Of a stretch of 64,000 bases of DNA, positions 51,201-64,000 are shown in pieces. Location of the stretch: NCBI GenBank assembly GCA_051294375.1, contig CM119265.1, positions 5,138,355 through 5,202,354 of the forward strand. Reading direction: 5' to 3'. This stretch comes from Paraspadella gotoi (Eukaryota > Animalia > Chaetognatha). Position numbers and translations under genes: made by a program. The notes under the pieces are model-generated. The model did not search any database and was not told the DNA's origin. It worked only from the letters and a program-made list of their open reading frames with translations. How positions within the stretch are numbered: position 1 is the first letter of the stretch; each line of letters begins with the position of its first letter.

Positions 51201-52122
51201 ACTGATCGGTTATTTACTTTTTTTACGGCTTCTAATAATCCATTGTCGCGCGGATCAAACTTCCGTTTCCCGATTTTTACGACTTTATCAGTAGACGTTA
51301 CATGCAGATGACGCGTTGCCGTTCGTCTCGCGTCCCTCGNNNNNNNNNNNNNNNNNNNNNNNNNNNNNNNNNNNNNNNNNNNNNNNNNNNNNNNNNNNNN
51401 NNNNNNNNNNNTTTTTTGCCCGAAATAGAGAGGCTCGAAGATAAGAGAGGACCTCTAACAGAGTGGCGAAAAGTGACGTCGTTAGAAAGGCGCTAAAGAT
51501 GAGGAAGAGGGGGTGGAGGAGAAGGCGCTCGAGGCCCTGAGGGAGAACGCGCTCTAGCGACCCGGTTCATAAACTTTGGAACAATGAAGTTCGACCGGGA
51601 GGGGGCGTTGAGGCGGAGTGAGAAAATTGGTGAGCGCATCATAAAAAGGGTTGATGAGAAGAAAATGAGAAGCTGATTTAAAGCTGAAAAACAGAAAGAA
51701 AGCAAGAGGGAGAGCGAGACAGATAAAAATGTTAAGATGCATAACGAAAGTTCCCATAAAATAGAGAGAGAAGACTTACTGTATCCTAAATGAGCTTTAA
51801 ACATACACGACAGATACATGATACCAAATCACGTAAGTGAATTTTTAAGTCTGCGGGAGTTTGTGCAATTTCTGTTTTGGCAACGAAAGCGACCCGCGTC
51901 GGGTGTGAGTAGGCGTGGCTGACGAGGTTGCCCTTTGCCAGTTAGTGACTTTAGGATAGGAAAGAAAATGAAAGTGAAAAGAAAAGAGTGAGTGTGAGAG
52001 TTTGAGAAGAGGAAGATGGTGTCTTGGTGATTTTGAAAATCATGAATAAATCTTCAACCAAGATTAAAATAGCGAGCAGGTTTATGTATTATTAGCATTA
52101 GATAATTTCTCTCTTTAAAAAC

Positions 52123-52159
<37 letters not shown>

Positions 52160-53573
52160 TGCCCTTATAAAGAAATAATTTTCCGGATGCGACTATTATC
52201 TTTTCCGAGTCACCCGTATGTGATTCCCGATGCATCGTCGGCCGAGTATGGAACAGAGTGGAGCCAGAGCAATCGAGACCTCCCTCCGTTCATTGGGGCG
52301 GAAAATGGGCGCCGACTCTGGGGAACCGCGGGACAGAGACGCGATTCCGGCGCCGGGAGGGCGAGGAAAGAGGGCGCCGAGAAGTGTAGAAGGTGCCGGG
52401 GAAAAAAAGGTAGTAAAGTCGGTGGAACGAGAAGCAGTCGTGGGTGAAAATTGGTTTGCAGAAGATGAGAAAAAGGGAGCAGAGGTGAAGTTGTTAGGAA
52501 CAAGGGGAGAGAGAGAGGGGGAGGGAGAGAGAGAGAGAGAGGGAGAGAGGGAGAGAGAGAAAGAGAGAGAGAGAGAGAGGGAGAGGGAGCGGGTCTTTCC
52601 GACTAATAGAACCAACAGACCTGCCGTTCAGCTTGCATCGCATCATGAGAAATAAATTTGAGTAAATCCGTCAACTTTTCAAACGTTTCTCAATAAGAAT
52701 AAAAAAAAAAATAAATAAAACGTTAACCCTGGAACCGGTTATGGCTCGGATTCTTGCCAACCACCACCGCCACCACGATCACCACCACCGCCCACCACGA
52801 CCGCCACCGCTCCGCTCCACGAGTCGATGAAAATAGGAATTCCCTTTTTCCCTTTGAATTACGACGTCGTGACCTTCCAAGGGTCACGCGGCAAAAATCG
52901 GCGTTGGCGCGGGCGGCGTCGATGTCTAGAGCGGCGTCGGCAGCGGCAACCACAGCGGCTGCGGCTTCAGCGGCGTCGGCGGCGTCGGCGGTCTCGCTCC
53001 CGCAAACGACCGAAGATTATCGCTTCGAACTTTTTTCAACCCCGGCGTCGATGGAGCGCTTGGCGTCCCGGGGTGCAGCGAGTGGACCGGCGCGCCGGCG
53101 CCGAGATTGCGGAACTCAGACCGGGGATGACGTGACGTCGTGGACCGGAGCGCGTGATTTATGTCGATCATGACGAAGATAATGAATCGGCGACGAATGC
53201 GAAATGACAACCGGAAACGTCCCTTTCCACCGGTTAGAATAATCGCCCATAAAAACAAACTGTTGCGCAATTGAAAAAAAAAAATCGGTGCTTCCGATGC
53301 AGAAGCGAATGCATCCAGGACGACGTCGCAGCCCTCGCCGCTGCCAATAAAGAGAATTTCCTTTACCTCGTCAAAAAAAAGCTTGTTCTCTTTTTATAAT
53401 GTAATAACGTATTTACATAACAATGGCAGTTTTAATTCAAGGCAGGAATGAAATACCTTCAGAACTCATTAATTTTAAAATGGGATTTTTAAACTTTGTC
53501 ACATAAGAGAGAGAGAGAGACAGAAAAGAGAGAGAGAGAGAGAGAAGAGAGAGAGAGGAGAGAGAGAGAGAGA

Positions 53574-53615
<42 letters not shown>

Positions 53616-54078
53616 AAAGAAAGAAAGAAAGAGAAGATAGAGAGAAAAGAAAAGTTTGAAAAGTTATCTCGGGACGGAAATGGAAATTGAGTGATGGCAT
53701 GACGACGCGAGCTCGTGTGGTTCAAAGAGGAAAGTGTGAGGATCGAGACGATCAGGGGTTGAGGGGAAACAGAAAAGACGTGGAGCATTAAGATGTGGTG
53801 TGGACTTGAATTTTGAAAAATTTTGAGAGGTGTAAAAGCCGGTAGGGGGATGATAAGGGCGTAAGAAAACGCGTTGGTCCTAACGATCGTACGGTGGGTG
53901 AAGTTTTAACCCTTTTGCGGTTCGTTGTTCACCGGAAGCGGCGCTCGTGACGTCGCCGGCAGAAGGTAAGGTCAAGGACAGACCTTTGGGTGAGCGAGGA
54001 AAAGATCGTGGGAAGAGTGAGAGGAGGAGAAATATAAAGGGGTCGAGTGCATAATGAAAATTGATTCTGAACGAGAGA

Positions 54079-54148
<70 letters not shown>

Positions 54149-54380
54149 AGAGAACTGAATTACGAGTTCCGGTCATGACGCGATTCAACGGCGGAAAAAA
54201 AATCGGATGAGAAAAAATGTCGACGGAAGATGAAATAATTTTGGTGAATCAAGAAAAAACGAGGAGGAAAAAGAAGGAAAATATACATTCTTTACATTCT
54301 TTACTTATTGCTTTACTTTTTTCACTACCTTGATTTTAAGATCGTAAAAAGTTAATATTTATAAATATATATTTTATGAA

Positions 54381-55380
54381 AGCATTCATTTAAATGAGAT
54401 AGGGAGCAAGCGTTAGGAATTTTTTTTGTCTACAGTTTATTGAATTGCTGAGTAGAAAGAAGTACAAGTGAGAAATACAAAGAGGTTTACGCTTCGCTCA
54501 GTGCTCACGTTGAAATACCAAATTAGGAAGTCGGTTGCAGGTGACGCCTGACTTTTACGACACCTGTAGCAAACACCTGATCGTCGGGCTTAGACTTGGA
54601 ATTTTTTCTTTTACGCTGACAAAATGAATCGTCATCATCGTGCTGGAGTTTATCTAACTTCCTTTCCTTAAATCTTACAAAAAAGTTTTTGAAGAAACGC
54701 AAAAAACGTCAGTTATGATACTAAGGATAAAAAGGAAATCAAAGAAACGAATCCCAACAAATTTAGGCCTCGCTAGTCTTTGTTTACTTCTACTTTTATT
54801 GTTCTTCTCTCCTTTTCCATTTCCTCCTTTTCCTCCTTTCCCAGTTGCCAATGGAATAAAGTGAAAAAAAAAAACAGAAAGGAAACTAAAAATCACGGTT
54901 CGCTGCTTCCCGTCAATTTCCGTTATCCCCCTTTTTTAATTTTTTTTTTTCGCGCAGTAACTAAAAATAAAAAAGGCGAGGCGGCGGCGGAGGAAGGAAA
55001 GCCATTAGGCGTGCCTCTTCTTGATCTTTGACAGTTTGGACAAGTAGGGGACGAGAGCCGGAGGGGAAAGAGGAAATGGGAGGAAAAGGGAGGAAAGGAA
55101 AGGAGGAAAGGAAAGTGAAAAGAGAGGGAAAAAGAAGGTGGCTCGAAAAGTGGACAAAGTTTAAACCGGGAAAATATTCTTGTTTAAACCCAGCGCGAAA
55201 CCATTCTCATTCTCTTACTATTGGGAAAAAACCTAATATTTTTTAATTACTGTTATTATTTATTAAAAAGAAAACAAATTTCCCATTTTGCTAAATTCGT
55301 CTCTGGCAATCTTGTGCGTCACATTTTTTTCTACAGTAATTGAAATCAAATTGCTTAATCTGAAGAGGAAAATCTCAGGC

Positions 55381-55455
<75 letters not shown>

Positions 55456-56452
55456 AAAGATTTTCCTCTTCAAGATATAAGCAATTTGATTTCAATTACT
55501 GGTAAAAAAAATGTGACGCACAAGATTGCCAGAGACGAATTTAGCAAAATGGGAATTTTGTTTCTTTTAATAAATAATAAACAGTAATTAAAAAATATTA
55601 GGTTTTTCCCCAATAGTAGAGAATGAGAATGGTTCGCGCTTGGGTTTAAACAAGAAATATTTTCCCGGTTTAAACTTTGTCCATTTTCGAGCCACCTCCT
55701 TTTTCCCTCTCTTTTCACTTTCCTTTCTCCTTTCCTTTCCTCCCTTTTCCTCCCATTTCCTCTTTCCCCTCCGGCTCTCGTCCCCTACTTGTCGAAACTG
55801 TCAAAGATCAAGAAGAGGCACGCCTAATGGTTTCCTTCCTTCCGCGCCGCCTCGCCTTTTTTATTTTTAGTTACTGCGGCGAAAAAAAAAAATTAAAAAA
55901 GGGGGATAACGGAAATTGACGGGAAGCAGCGAACCGTGATTTTATGTTTCCTTTCTGTTTTTTTTTTTTTCAACTTTAATTCCATTGGCAAACTGGGAAA
56001 GGAGGAAAAGGAGAAAAAGAAAAGGAAGAGAGAACACAATAAAAGTAGAAGTAAAGACTAAGCGAGGCCTAAATTGTTGGGATTCGTTTCTTTGATTTCC
56101 TTTTTTTCCTTAGTTTACATAACTGACTTTTTTGCGTTTCTTCAAAAACTTTTTTGTAAGATTTAAGGAAAGGAAGTTAGATAACTCCAGCACGATGATG
56201 ACGATTCATTTTGTCAGCGTAAAAGAAAAAATTCCAAATCTAGCCCCGACGATCAGGTGTTTGCTACAGGTGTCGTAAAGTCGCAGTCACCTGCACAACG
56301 ACTCCCTAATTTGGTATTTCACACGTGAGCACTGAGCAAAGCGTAAACCTCTTTGTATTTCTCACTTGTACTTTTTCTACTCAGCAAATTCAATTAACGT
56401 GGACAAAAAAAATTCCTAACGCTTGCTCCCTATCTCATTTAAATGGAATGCT
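54381..56452. repeat. ~2.07-kb palindrome (arms 54381-55375 and 55458-56452) with a (GA)n spacer
   Basis: The arms are reverse complements with mostly indel differences. The spacer is a purine tract. Confidence 0.93.
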
Positions 56453-58518
56453 CTAACTAAGGTCGGTAGTCTGACCTGACTGAACAATCTAGGTAAGTAA
56501 AAGACGGGAGAAATGGGTGGGAAAGGAAAAATCATAATTGTAAGCGAGCTAAATTGGGCGTAAAAAAAAATGGTAACAGAGACTAGCACGGGAGAGGGAC
56601 GGTGAAGGAGAGAAAGAGAGGAAAAAGCGTGAATGAAAAACCTAAACCCTGGACTCGAGCCTGATCTCCGGGAGGAGGGGGAGGAGGATGAGGAGAAATA
56701 TGAGGAAACGGTGCATGATGGCGAACCTATCGGTTCTTTTCTGTGCCCTTCTCTTTGGCCGAGATGGCGTAATCAGGCCTGAAAATGGCGTGAGACGTCA
56801 TCGTGGTGGTGCGTGGTGAGCTGTACTTAACCGTGCTGAGAGCGTGCATGTCGCCCGAAGAGAGAAAGAGAAGGGTGGGGGGGACAATCAATCGAGNNNN
56901 NNNNNNNNNNNNNNNNNNNNNGAGTGTACGACGTGGTCAAAACGCATTTATAATTATTTTAAACATAAATTTGTCATCAAAAAGATTAGTATTCATGTAC
57001 GTAATGTTCCATAAAGATCTGCTACTGCACTTTAAACTATTCTATGACGAACAAAGCTATCAAACAGAACTTTGTTTTCGGCGAATAGTCTCCCTGCCTT
57101 ACTATGACGCCCTCTCCCCTTACCATCACGCTTGACTCTCGACATGACCCTTGGTCAGCTTACCCGCACACCCTTACTCCTTCCCTTCTCGGACCTTCTC
57201 TCGACATTCGAGATCGCGGACGTCGTCGTTCGTCGTCGTCGTCGTTGTTTTGAAGAAACTTTTTTTTAGATTGAGACGAAGAGGGTTAACGGGTCACAGA
57301 CTGAAACTACGGACGGGGAGTTTGGGGGGGGAGAAGGGTCTTTGATTTGAGGGAGCGCAGGAGATCGAAAGAGAGGGAGGCATATTGATAATTTGCGAGA
57401 GATACTTGAAAAAAAGAAAAACTGGTTTTGAGTTAAGATTTGATGTGGTGAGTCAGAGTCAAAGAGTAAATCAAGATTGCGGTAGCGTAGGAGTCATCTA
57501 CGGGACAGCCTTTCATACTAATGCTGATAAACTTTAAAAAAAGGTGTTTTTTTTTATTATTATTTTCATTATGAAATATTTTATAAGAAATTGAAAAAAA
57601 AAAAACGGCGCGGTGACCGTTAGGTTGTGCGGCGCCACAAAAAAGACGAGGTTTAAAAAAATCTGCGCCAACTTTTATCGACGTCATCTCCTACGAACGA
57701 TAACGGAAACGACAACTGGGGCGCGGTTTGCGACTTACAACCGATTGACGACGACGACCATAGACACGACACTAGACGATAGAAAAAAATTACTTTGGGA
57801 TGGAGTCGAGAGCAGGGCTAAGAGGGAAACGGCGATTTAAAATGGAAAAATTTGCTTCATTTCTGTCGCTGACGCTTAACTCTGAAGATGAGATTTAAGC
57901 ATATTACTTTAAATATTTTACCTAAAGTAATTGCAGTTGGAATGTTTTTTTTAAAATCTAGGTTTAATTTTGTATGTCAAAAGGGGTAAAATATGAAAGA
58001 GAGCCTGACCAATGACCATAGAATTTTTCGTCCGGATAACGTAAATCTTTGACCAGTCAAACGCCACGGTTGCAATAACACCGGACTGAAAAGAAAACAA
58101 CAGAATGATGGCTAAATTAAAACTTTAACTCAGTAAATAGTTTATATATCTTTAAAGAAGCAAAAATGTACGAGAGTTTAAACCAATCAGGTGAAGGCAA
58201 TTTTTAAAACAAAGCAGAAAAAGTATCTTCAAATCCAATAAAAGCAAATCATAACTTTTCCTTTCTTAGTTTACCAATTTTCCATATTCCTGAGCTCGTC
58301 TTTCCGGGCCGCCATTTTTATGCCGCCATTTTTGTTTTTTGCCATCTTTCCATTCGGCCATCTTTGTTGCCATCTTCCAATCAGCCACTCATCGCTCGTT
58401 TTCGCCGAAGTCCCCCGAGCCTTTGGGGGGAAAATGGTTTTTCTGTTTTTGAAATGGATAGCAGGGGAAACGACAACGTTTTCATGCCAAGCCGGTAAAA
58501 GGATTAGAAAAAGAGAGA

Positions 58519-58586
<68 letters not shown>

Positions 58587-58783
58587 AGAGAGAAGAGAGA
58601 GAGGAGAGGCAGGCGATATGCTTCCATAGAGTTGCGAGCGGTGATGCGGAAAACATGCGTTGGAAGCAAAATAAGTACATTGAAGCCTCAGAAGGAAAAA
58701 AGGAGTTAAAAAAAAGGAAGAAAACGATTGGCTTCGAAAAAGAAAAAGGTTTTTTGAGAATATCGACTAGGGAGAAACAGCCG

Positions 58784-58835
<52 letters not shown>

Positions 58836-58840
58836 AGAGA

Positions 58841-58885
<45 letters not shown>

Positions 58886-60364
58886 CCAGGGAGCTACGTA
58901 CCTACTAAAAGAGAAAAAGATGAGAAGAAAAAATTGTAAAAGATTTTTGCTATTACTCGACTCCCGAGTCATCCGTTCGGAAACCTTGGTAGCGCAATAA
59001 AATGATTGATGTCGACAAAGACAACGACAGGGGCCTCCATTCACACAACAACGACAAACAACGACGTCGCCGACAAAGACGAAGAAGACGAGGCAAACCT
59101 GAGAGATAATTTTAAAATCCTTTTAAAACTTAAGCAAAGACGATTTTCTTTATTAGGTTAAAAACCTTTTTTTCGAGTCAGGTCTTTTCCCCTTAATCTC
59201 TTTATAAAGTTTCTCTTTTGAAAGCGATAGCACCACCGGCCCTTCCCGCCGCCGACACGGTTAAGATAAGGAAGCCTGATTTTTTTTTCACCATATAAAA
59301 ATGAAAAAAATATAAAAGCTTAATATTTAACCGAATTAGTGGCTAACTTAATATGACGAGCACTCCAGAGAACCTTCTCTCCCCTTAAGGCCGTCGTTGT
59401 TGCGTCGTCGTTTCGTCGTCGTCGTCGTCGTCGCGATTGCTTCATGCCTTTCTTCCCTTTTATCTGTTTTCGATCTGGTATTTTATAGTTAGATTTTAAC
59501 TTTATAGATATATTAACTCGACAATAATCGAGAAATAAAAAATAAAAAATGATATATCGCTCGATACTCGTTGATTACAGCAAATATTTTTTATGATAAC
59601 CGATAATTATTGACAATAGCAATCATGAGTTCGCATCTGTTGCAGAGCGTACTGCTTGCCTGTTTGGTAACAACAACAACGACGACGACGATAACGACGA
59701 CGAAGATGAAAAACATCAAAATAGTTGTTGATCGTTTCAGCGCGTGAACCAAACAGAATCTGGCAACAATAAGATCTCGCGCTTTTCTCCCAATTCGATT
59801 TTTTTTTTTGCTTTCTATTGCTTGCATTACTTATCCACTCTCTTTTTCTATAGATCAGTTTTCGTAACTTAAACTGTAAAATGTAAAAAAAAGTATGCTG
59901 CAGCATTTTCCCATCTATGATCTCAACACAAAATTCATTCTTGTTTCACGGAAAATGGTTTTTTTCTCAAGACCAAAAATCTCTCAACTTCTCCAACCAA
60001 ATCCTACAAAAACCTTTTTGGAATCGCGAAGAAAAAGATGCGTGTCGCGTCGTCGTCGTTGACGACGCTGTTGGATGACGCTCGGTGACCTATGACCTCG
60101 AGATTCACGAGGAAAACGCAGCTCCGCGCGTGACAGATTTCGTCCACTTGAAACTTTTTTTTTTGTAGGAAAATAAACCACTGGATTTAATGTCATAGGG
60201 CTTTACTTTTAGTATAATATGTATTATGTAGTAATCAATGTGTTTTATGGAACGACTAGAACTTGGGCTATATTTTTAAGAATTGTTTTTTGTCATTAAA
60301 AAAAAAACGAATTAATAATGACAACTGCTTAGTAGTTTAATCTCGTGTTTCAATTTGTTTTTAG

Positions 60365-60508
60365 AATCCGCATCGAAGGCGCGGGCGGCCCTGGTGTCCT
60401 CGACATCAAAATCACCCAAGTCCTCCTACGAGTGGGTGCAGGTCGAGCTTCGACAAACTCACCATTGTCACCCTCGTCGAGACGCAGGGGAGGTTCGGAA
60501 ACGGACAG
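60365..60508 (+). CDS. Ddr: Discoidin domain receptor (DDR) family exon, discoidin/F5-8C domain; this copy has four 1-bp indels
   Basis: TTTTTAG| ... |GTGAGT boundaries. Same exon as 60999-61140 but with net +2 nt. Confidence 0.75.
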
Positions 60509-60708
60509 GTGAGTTCACGAATCATCTCTCTCTCTCTCTCTGTCTCTTCTTTTTCTTCGTTCTGTCCACTCTGTCTCATTCTTTTCTCTCGCTCCCCGTG
60601 TTCAATATCGATTTTTCTTTCCTCCTTAATTGAGTCTAAAAAGCTGAGTTTGACAAGAAACAAAGCAGAACAGAAGTTTTTTCTTCTTTCAGTTAATTTA
60701 GAAGAAGG

Positions 60709-60750
<42 letters not shown>

Positions 60751-60998
60751 GAGAGAGAGAGAGGAAGAGAGAGAGAGAGAGAGAGAGAGAGAACTGCCTT
60801 CTCTAAATTAACTGAAAGAAGAAAAAACTTCTGTTCTGCTTTGTTTCTTGTCAAACTCAGCTTTTTAGACTCAATTAAGGAGGAAAGAAAAATCGATATT
60901 GAACACGGGGGAGCGAGAGAAAGAGAATGAGACAGAGTGGACAGAACGAAGAAAAAGAGAGACAGAGAGAGAGAGAGAGAGATGATTCGTGAACTCAC

Positions 60999-61140
60999 CT
61001 GTCCGTTTCCGAACCTCCCCTGCGTCTCGACGAGGGTGACAATGGTGAGTTTGTCGAAGTCGACCTGCACCCACTCGTAGGAGGACTTGGTGATTTGATG
61101 TCGAGGACACCAGGCGCCGCCCGCGCCTTCGATGCGGATT
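60999..61140 (-). CDS. Ddr: Discoidin domain receptor (DDR) family internal exon, frame intact (142 nt)
   Basis: Minus strand translates IRIEGAGGAWCPRHQITKSSYEWVQVDFDKLTIVTLVETQGRFGNGQ, matching the GGAWCP and ETQGRFGNGQ hallmarks of invertebrate DDR. Canonical acceptor and GTGAGT donor. Confidence 0.88.
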
Positions 61141-62674
61141 CTAAAAACAAATGAACACGAGATTAAACTACTAAGCAGTTGTCATTATTAATTGTTTTTT
61201 TTTTAATACAAAAAAACAATTCTTAAAATATAGCCAAGTTCTAGTACGTTCCATAAAACACATTGATTACTACATAATACATATTATACTAAAAGTAAAG
61301 ACTCCTATTGACATTAAATCCAGTGGTTTATTTTCCTACAAAAAAAAAGTTTCAAGTGGACGAAATCTGTCACGCGCGGAGCTGCGTTTTCCCTCGTGAA
61401 TCTCGAGGTCATAGGTCACCGAGCGTCATCCAACAGCGTCGTCAACGACGACGACGACGACGACGCATCTTTTTCTTCGCGATTCCAAAAAGGATTTTGT
61501 GAGGATTTGGTTGGGAGAAGTTGAGAGATTTTTTGGTCTTGGAAAAACCATTTTCGTGAACAAGAATGAATTTTGGTTGAGATCATAGATGGGAAAATGC
61601 TGCAGCATACTTTTTTTTACATTTTACAGTTTAAGTTACGAACTGGTCTATAGAAAAAGAGAGTGGATAAGTAATGCAAAGCAATAGAAAGCAAAAAAAA
61701 AAGAAAAAATTGAATTGGGAGAAAAGCCGCGAGATCTTATTGTTGCCAGATTGTTTGGTGTCACGCGCTGAAACGATCAACAACTATTTTGATGTTTTCA
61801 TCTTCGTCGTCGTTATCGTCGTCGTCGTTGTTGTTGTTACCAAACAGGCAAGCAGTACGCTCTGCAACAGATGCGAACTCATGATTGCTATTGTCATAAT
61901 TATCGGTTATCATTAAAAATATTTGCTGTAATCAACGAGTATCGAGCGATATATCATTTTTTATTTTTTATTTCTCGATTGTTGTCGAGTTAATATATCT
62001 GTTAATAAAGTTAAAATCTAACTATAAAATACCAGATCGAAAACAGATAAAAGGGAAGAAAGGCATGAAGCAATCGCGACGACGACNNNNNNNNNNACGA
62101 CGACGACGCAACAACGACGGCCTTAAGGGGAGAGAAGGTTCTCTGGAGTGCTCGTCATATTAAGTTAGCCACTAATTCGGTTAAATATTTAAGCTTTTAT
62201 TTTTTTTCATTTTTATATGGTGAAAAAAAAATCAGGCTTCCTTATCTTAACCGTGTCGGCGGCGGGAAGGGCCGTTGGTGCTATCGCTTTCAAAAGAGAA
62301 ACTTTATAAAGAGATTAAGGGGAAAAGACCTTGACTCGAAAAAAGGTTTTTAAACCTAATTAAAGAAAATCGTCTTTGCTTAAGTTTTAAAAGGATTTTA
62401 AAATTATCTCTCAGGTTTGCCTCGTCTTCTTCGTCTTTGTCGGCGACGTCGTTGTTGTCGTTGTTGTTGTGAATGGAGCGTCCCTGTCGTTGTCTTTGTG
62501 ACATACATTTTATTGCGACTACCAAGGTTTCCGAACGGAATGACTCGGGAGTCGAGTAATAGCAAAAAATCTTTTACAATTTTTTCTTCTCATCTTTTTC
62601 TCTTTTAGTAGGTACGTAGCTCCCTGGTATTCTCTCTCTCTCTCTCTCTCTCGTCTCTTCTCTTCTCTTCCTCA

Positions 62675-62711
<37 letters not shown>

Positions 62712-62906
62712 TCTCTCTCTCTCTCTCTCTCCCCGGCTGTTCTCCCTAGTCGATATTCTCAAAAATCCTTTTTCTTTTTCGAAGCCAATCGTTTTCTTCC
62801 TTTTTTTTAACTCCTTTTTTCCTTCTGAGGCTTCCATGTACTTATATTTGCTTCCAAGCGCATTTTTCCGCATCACCGCTCGCACTCTATGGAAGCATAT
62901 CGCTGC

Positions 62907-62974
<68 letters not shown>

Positions 62975-64000
62975 TCTCTCTCTCTCTCTCTCTCTCTGTT
63001 TTCTAATCCTTTTTACGCGGCTTGGCATGAAAACGTTGTCGTTTCCCCTGTATCCATTTCAAAAACAGAAAACCATTTTTCCCCCCAAAGGCTCGGGTGA
63101 CTTCGGCGAAGACGAAGCGATGAGTTGGCGATTGGAAGATGGCAAAACAAAGATGGCGAATGGAAGATGGCAAAAAACAAAAATGGCGGCGAAAAAATGG
63201 CGCCCGGAAAGACGAGCTCAGAGAAATGGAAAATGGTAATCTAAGGAAAGGAAAAGTTATGATTGCTTTTTTGGATTTGAAGATACTTTTTTGCTTTGTT
63301 TTAAAATTGCTTTCACCTGATTGCGTTTTAACTCTCCGTACATTTTTGCTTCTTTAAGATTATAAACTATTTACTGAGTTAAAGTTTAATTTAGCCATCA
63401 TTTCTGTGTTTCTTTCGTCGTATTTGCAACCGTGGCGTTCTGTGACTGGTCAAGATTTTACGTTATCCGACCGAAAAATTCTATGGTCATTGGTCAGGCT
63501 CTCCTTCAATAAACTTTGTTTATTTCTCCCTTTTGACATACAAAATAAACCTAGATTTAAAAAAACATTCAATGCAATTACTTTTAGGTAAAATATTTAA
63601 GTAATATGCTTAAATCTATCTCTCAGAGTTAGGTCAGCGACAGAAATGAAGCAAATTTTTTCCATTTTAATCGCCGTTTCCCTCTAGCCCTGCTCTCGAC
63701 TCCATCCAAAGTAATTTTTTCTATCGTCTATGTCGTCTATGTCGTCGTCGTCATCGTTGTAGTCGCACCGCGCCCCATTGTCGTTTCCGTTATCGTTCGT
63801 AGGAGATGACGTCGATAAAAGTTGGCGCAGATTTTTTTAAACCTCTTTTTTTTTGTGGCGCCGCACAACCTACGGTCACCGGCGCCGTTTTTTTTTTTTC
63901 ATTTCTTATAAAATATCATAATGAAATAATAATAAAAAAAACACCTTTTTTTAAAAGTTTATCAGCATTAGTATGAAAGGCCTGTCCGTAGATGACTCCT

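Larger units (their letters stand above)
57489..64000. repeat. At least 6.5-kb palindrome (arms 57489-60710 and 60795-64000, running off the window) with a (GA)n spacer
   Basis: The window end GATGACTCCT pairs with AGGAGTCATC at 57489. Centre is GAAGGCA-(GA)n-AC-TGCCTTC. Confidence 0.95.

Noticed and set aside
52754-53173. 139-aa Ala/Thr-rich ORF
   Set aside because: Low-complexity GCG/ACC repeats, typical of non-coding sequence here.
54535-54585. Three CAGGTG/CACCTG E-boxes within 50 bp
   Set aside because: Short motifs that cannot be called regulatory from sequence alone.

Overview
Eukaryotic (metazoan, probably arthropod; this is inference) genomic DNA from an error-prone long-read or gap-filled assembly. 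It is dominated by (GA)n/(TC)n and (GAC)n microsatellites, and most ORFs in the supplied track are spurious. Real coding content found by reading across introns: (1) a complete three-exon gene (1621-2793, +, 240 aa) encoding a GrpB/UPF0157 nucleotidyltransferase-like protein, a mostly microbial family; (2) one exon of a discoidin domain receptor (DDR), present twice in inverted orientation (60365-60508 +, 60999-61140 -); (3) a frameshifted Penelope-like retroelement (RT + GIY-YIG) with inverted pLTRs, a 15-bp target duplication and hammerhead ribozyme motifs, nested in a CACTA-ended palindromic MITE. A second, ORF-less fold-back of related pLTRs with hammerheads sits inside another TIR element. 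Roughly half of the window is duplicated sequence: a 5.9-kb tandem duplication, a 3.7-kb inverted duplication best explained by two alleles of a 1.8-kb inversion, and two fold-backs centred on (GA)n tracts. These large duplications may be haplotype or assembly artefacts.
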